The translations under genes were made by a program, and so were the position numbers. DNA of 64,000 nt from Candidatus Guanabacterium sedimentis (GTDB lineage Bacteria; Acidobacteriota; B3-B38; Guanabaribacteriales; B3-B38): the NCBI GenBank assembly GCA_902505605.1, contig CABWKN010000093.1, positions 266 to 64,265 of the forward strand, given 5' to 3'. Under the pieces are notes generated by a model. That model searched no databases. It was not told where the DNA came from and saw only the letters and a program-made list of their open reading frames with translations. Each line of letters starts with the position of its first letter. Position 1 is the first letter of the stretch. Shown one piece after another: positions 61,597 to 64,000 of the stretch.

Positions 61597-62634
61597 TTGA
61601 GGGTGAATATTCGTCAACATACAGAGGAGTTGGAGAAAAAATTTCTCTCCCCCAGGGCTATGCTGAGCTCTAACTCGCGAGGGAGAGAACGGGCGGAAGC
61701 ACCCTGCCAGATTCGGACTGCCTTCCAGCGGGACCGCGACCGCATAGTCCACAGCAAGTCATTTCGCCGCCTCAAGCATAAGACTCAGGTCTTTCTTGCC
61801 CCTGCGGGCGACCATTACCGCACCCGCCTCACCCATACTCTGGAGGTCTCTCAGTTAGCCCGGACCATTGCCCGTGCCCTTAGGTTGAACGAAGACCTAT
61901 CCGAGGCTATCTCTCTGGGGCACGACCTGGGGCACACCCCGTTTGGGCATGCCGGGGAAGAGGTTCTCCATAGGATAGTTCCCGGTGGCTTTAACCATTG
62001 GGAGCAGAGCCTCCGCATCGTAGAGGTTCTGGAAAACAATGGGCGGGGATTGAATCTCACCTGGGAAGTCAGGGAAGGGATCGTCAAACATTCCAAGGGC
62101 ACGGGAGAGATTGTTCCCACTAAGCAAGAGGAAAAATCGGAAACTCTGGAGGGAAGGGTCGTTCGTCTCTCGGATATTATAGCCTATGTCAATCACGATA
62201 TTGATGATGCCTGTCGAGCTGGAGTGTTGCAGCCTTCGGATATCCCTGCAGAGCTTAGAAAGTCTCTGGGGCAGAGTCACTCCGAGCGGATAAATCGGAT
62301 GGTTACTGATGTGATATATTCCAGTATGGCTATTGAGCTTTCCGATATCACCATGAGTGAGTCAATGTTAGCGGCAACGGAGAAGCTGAGGGATTTCCTT
62401 CATATTGCTGTGTATGAAAATCTAATCCCCAAGGCAGAATTTACCAAGACCGAGAAGATGATCACCGAGCTTTATCACTACCTTCTTAAGAACCCATACA
62501 AAATGCCAGGAAAACTCAGCGAAAAGGAACCTCTGGAGAGGATAGTGTGCGATTTTATCGCCGGGATGACCGATAGATATGCTATCCGCCTCTTTGAGGA
62601 GATTTACATCCCCAAGCCATGGGCTATAATTTGA
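61597..62634 (+). CDS. dGTPase-like HD-domain phosphohydrolase
   Basis: FQRDRDRIVHSKSFRRLKHKTQVF and HTLEVSQLARTIA...GHDLGHTPFGH HD motif. Confidence 0.8.
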   Translation: MRVNIRQHTEELEKKFLSPRAMLSSNSRGRERAEAPCQIRTAFQRDRDRIVHSKSFRRLKHKTQVFLAPAGDHYRTRLTHTLEVSQLARTIARALRLNEDLSEAISLGHDLGHTPFGHAGEEVLHRIVPGGFNHWEQSLRIVEVLENNGRGLNLTWEVREGIVKHSKGTGEIVPTKQEEKSETLEGRVVRLSDIIAYVNHDIDDACRAGVLQPSDIPAELRKSLGQSHSERINRMVTDVIYSSMAIELSDITMSESMLAATEKLRDFLHIAVYENLIPKAEFTKTEKMITELYHYLLKNPYKMPGKLSEKEPLERIVCDFIAGMTDRYAIRLFEEIYIPKPWAII

Positions 62635-62640
62635 GAGCCG

Positions 62641-63375
62641 TTAAGCCGGTAAAGGGAAGAGCCTGCTGAGCAAAATGACCAGATAGGTGAAATAGTCGGT
62701 AACCAGCAATACCCCTACCCCAATGAGGAGTATCCCGCTTATAATTGGTATCAGGCGGATAAAGGGGCGAATTTTCTTGAAATAGCTCAAAAAGCTGTTA
62801 ATTGCCAGAGAGGAAGCGAAGAAGGGGAGTGCTAGCCCCAGGGAGTAAAAGCCCAGCAAGATAATCCCGCTGGTAACCTTTTGTGAGGTGCTTGCTAAAA
62901 TCAATATGCTTCCTAATATAGGGCCGATGCAGGGGGTCCACCCTGCTGCAAAGGTCATTCCCACCAGAACAGTTCCCAGATAACCGAGAGGCTTCTCCCT
63001 CAGATGAACCTTCTTTTCCCGCTGGAGAAACTTTAGCTTGATGATACCTGTCAGGTGAATCCCCAGGATGATGATTATCACTCCACCTACCTTCATGAGG
63101 AGGGATTGATATCTCAGAATCAATTGCCCGGCATAGGTAGCCGAAGCCCCCAACAGGATAAATACCAGCGAAAATCCGAATATAAACAGAAGAGAGTGGA
63201 CCACTGTGGTCCTCCTGAGCTTGCTCCTTTCTTCTGCAGAGGAGAATGATTCAAAAGAAATGCCCGTAATAAACGATATATAGGAAGGGATTAAAGGGAG
63301 AATACAGGGGGAGAGGAAGGAGAACAGTCCGGCAGAAAAAGCTATAAATAAAGATATGCTTGGAGTTGACTCCAT
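62641..63375 (-). CDS. ccdA: Cytochrome c-type biogenesis / thiol-disulfide transporter CcdA (DsbD transmembrane domain family)
   Basis: FLSPCILPLIPSY and a second GWTPCIGPILG Cys motif in TM helices. Confidence 0.8.
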   Translation of the reverse strand: MESTPSISLFIAFSAGLFSFLSPCILPLIPSYISFITGISFESFSSAEERSKLRRTTVVHSLLFIFGFSLVFILLGASATYAGQLILRYQSLLMKVGGVIIIILGIHLTGIIKLKFLQREKKVHLREKPLGYLGTVLVGMTFAAGWTPCIGPILGSILILASTSQKVTSGIILLGFYSLGLALPFFASSLAINSFLSYFKKIRPFIRLIPIISGILLIGVGVLLVTDYFTYLVILLSRLFPLPA

Positions 63376-63410
63376 AATAAATATATTGAGAGTATGGAAG
63401 AGCCTCCTTT

Positions 63411-63950
63411 TTAAAAGAGGGCTTTCAAGTGATTCTCAAAAACCTCCTTAGCTCGGTATCCGATATATTTCTGTACTATTCTTCCCTGACGGTCAATAAC
63501 AAAGGTGGTAGGAATAGCATTTATCCCTCCATATTCCCTGGCTATTACCCTATTTCCCATAAGAATGGGGTAGTTAATCCCATGTTTTTCAACAAATTGC
63601 CTGATATTGCTTGCACTGCCTGATTGGAAGGCAATTCCTATCATCTGGAATCCGTTCTCCTTGTATTGTTCATAGAGCTCTATAAAATGAGGTATCTCAT
63701 ACACACAGGGAGAACACCAGGTAGCCCAGAAGTCGAGGATGATAACCTTTCCTTTAAAGTCGGATAGCTTTACTGTTTTTCCATCAAGGTCTGGAAGAGC
63801 AAAGTCGGGTGCCGGCGATGAGGAGGATTGCCCTTTTATCTTTCCCAAGCCGCTAAGGGAGAAAAGAGCAACTCCCAGCAGCAGAAGCATAATAGGTATC
63901 AGCGGTTTATTCTGTAACATTCGTTTACCTCTAATTTTATCTCGTCTCAT
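63411..63950 (-). CDS. TlpA/ResA-like periplasmic thiol:disulfide oxidoreductase
   Basis: N-terminal anchor, DFWATWCSPC thioredoxin motif. Adjacent to ccdA. Confidence 0.8.
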   Translation of the reverse strand: MRRDKIRGKRMLQNKPLIPIMLLLLGVALFSLSGLGKIKGQSSSSPAPDFALPDLDGKTVKLSDFKGKVIILDFWATWCSPCVYEIPHFIELYEQYKENGFQMIGIAFQSGSASNIRQFVEKHGINYPILMGNRVIAREYGGINAIPTTFVIDRQGRIVQKYIGYRAKEVFENHLKALF

Positions 63951-64000
63951 GCCTAAGTATACTCCCTCAATTTACATAGATATAGTATGCCAATCTCCCT

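Noticed and set aside
1-64000. Looked for tRNA/rRNA genes, CRISPR repeat arrays, and transposase, integrase or phage genes.
   Set aside because: No T-loop/acceptor-like GGTTCGANTCC segments outside coding regions. No regularly spaced direct repeats. No recombinase-like ORFs. The window appears to be a core chromosomal region.

Overview
This 64 kb window reads as a chromosomal housekeeping segment of a bacterium, probably an anaerobe of uncertain phylum. Overall GC is about 50%. Coding density is high, with roughly 60 genes. I found no rRNA, tRNA, CRISPR array, transposase or integrase by eye. Genes at 1158-29807 are all on the minus strand. After a short divergent promoter region, genes at 30011-62634 are almost all on the plus strand; ftsEX is the only minus-strand exception in that block. 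The plus-strand block ends at a minus-strand ccdA-tlpA pair.

Recognisable blocks:
- A TolC fragment, then etfB-DUF362-etfA.
- The canonical yceD-rpmF-plsX-fabH-fabD-fabG-acpP-fabF lipid cluster.
- An acyl-CoA operon: acyl-CoA dehydrogenase, split B12-dependent acyl-CoA mutase, SCP2-type thiolase with its DUF35 partner, and a thioredoxin.
- HIT, ihfB, rpsA, cmk, hisC; a tryptophanase/tyrosine phenol-lyase family enzyme; scpAB, trpS, an M50 protease, rsmD, recG.
- A nucleosidase-like gene, a GT4 glycosyltransferase, an HhH-GPD glycosylase, a DASS transporter, and ftsEX.
- pcm and glyQS, the latter translationally coupled to a complete bshC-bshB-bshA bacillithiol operon, followed by metG.
- A 2-hydroxyacid dehydrogenase, an SSF symporter and a Tat-signal alanine racemase.
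- Sugar-nucleotide genes; a receiver-domain protein with a roughly 200-aa poly-Glu tail; valS-nadC-birA-coaX; a VanZ-like fusion; deoB, a pyrimidine nucleoside phosphorylase and a dGTPase-like gene.

I did not recognise a defence island or mobile element. The more unusual points are:
- DUF362 with a Tat signal sitting inside the etf operon.
- The acyl-CoA operon, which carries a thioredoxin with a CFPC active site.
- The contiguous bacillithiol pathway, translationally coupled to glyQS.
- The Tat-exported alanine racemase.
- The poly-Glu receiver protein.
- Two long non-coding gaps of 460 bp and 730 bp that may hold structured RNAs.

All calls rest on by-eye motif and family recognition. No database searches were run.
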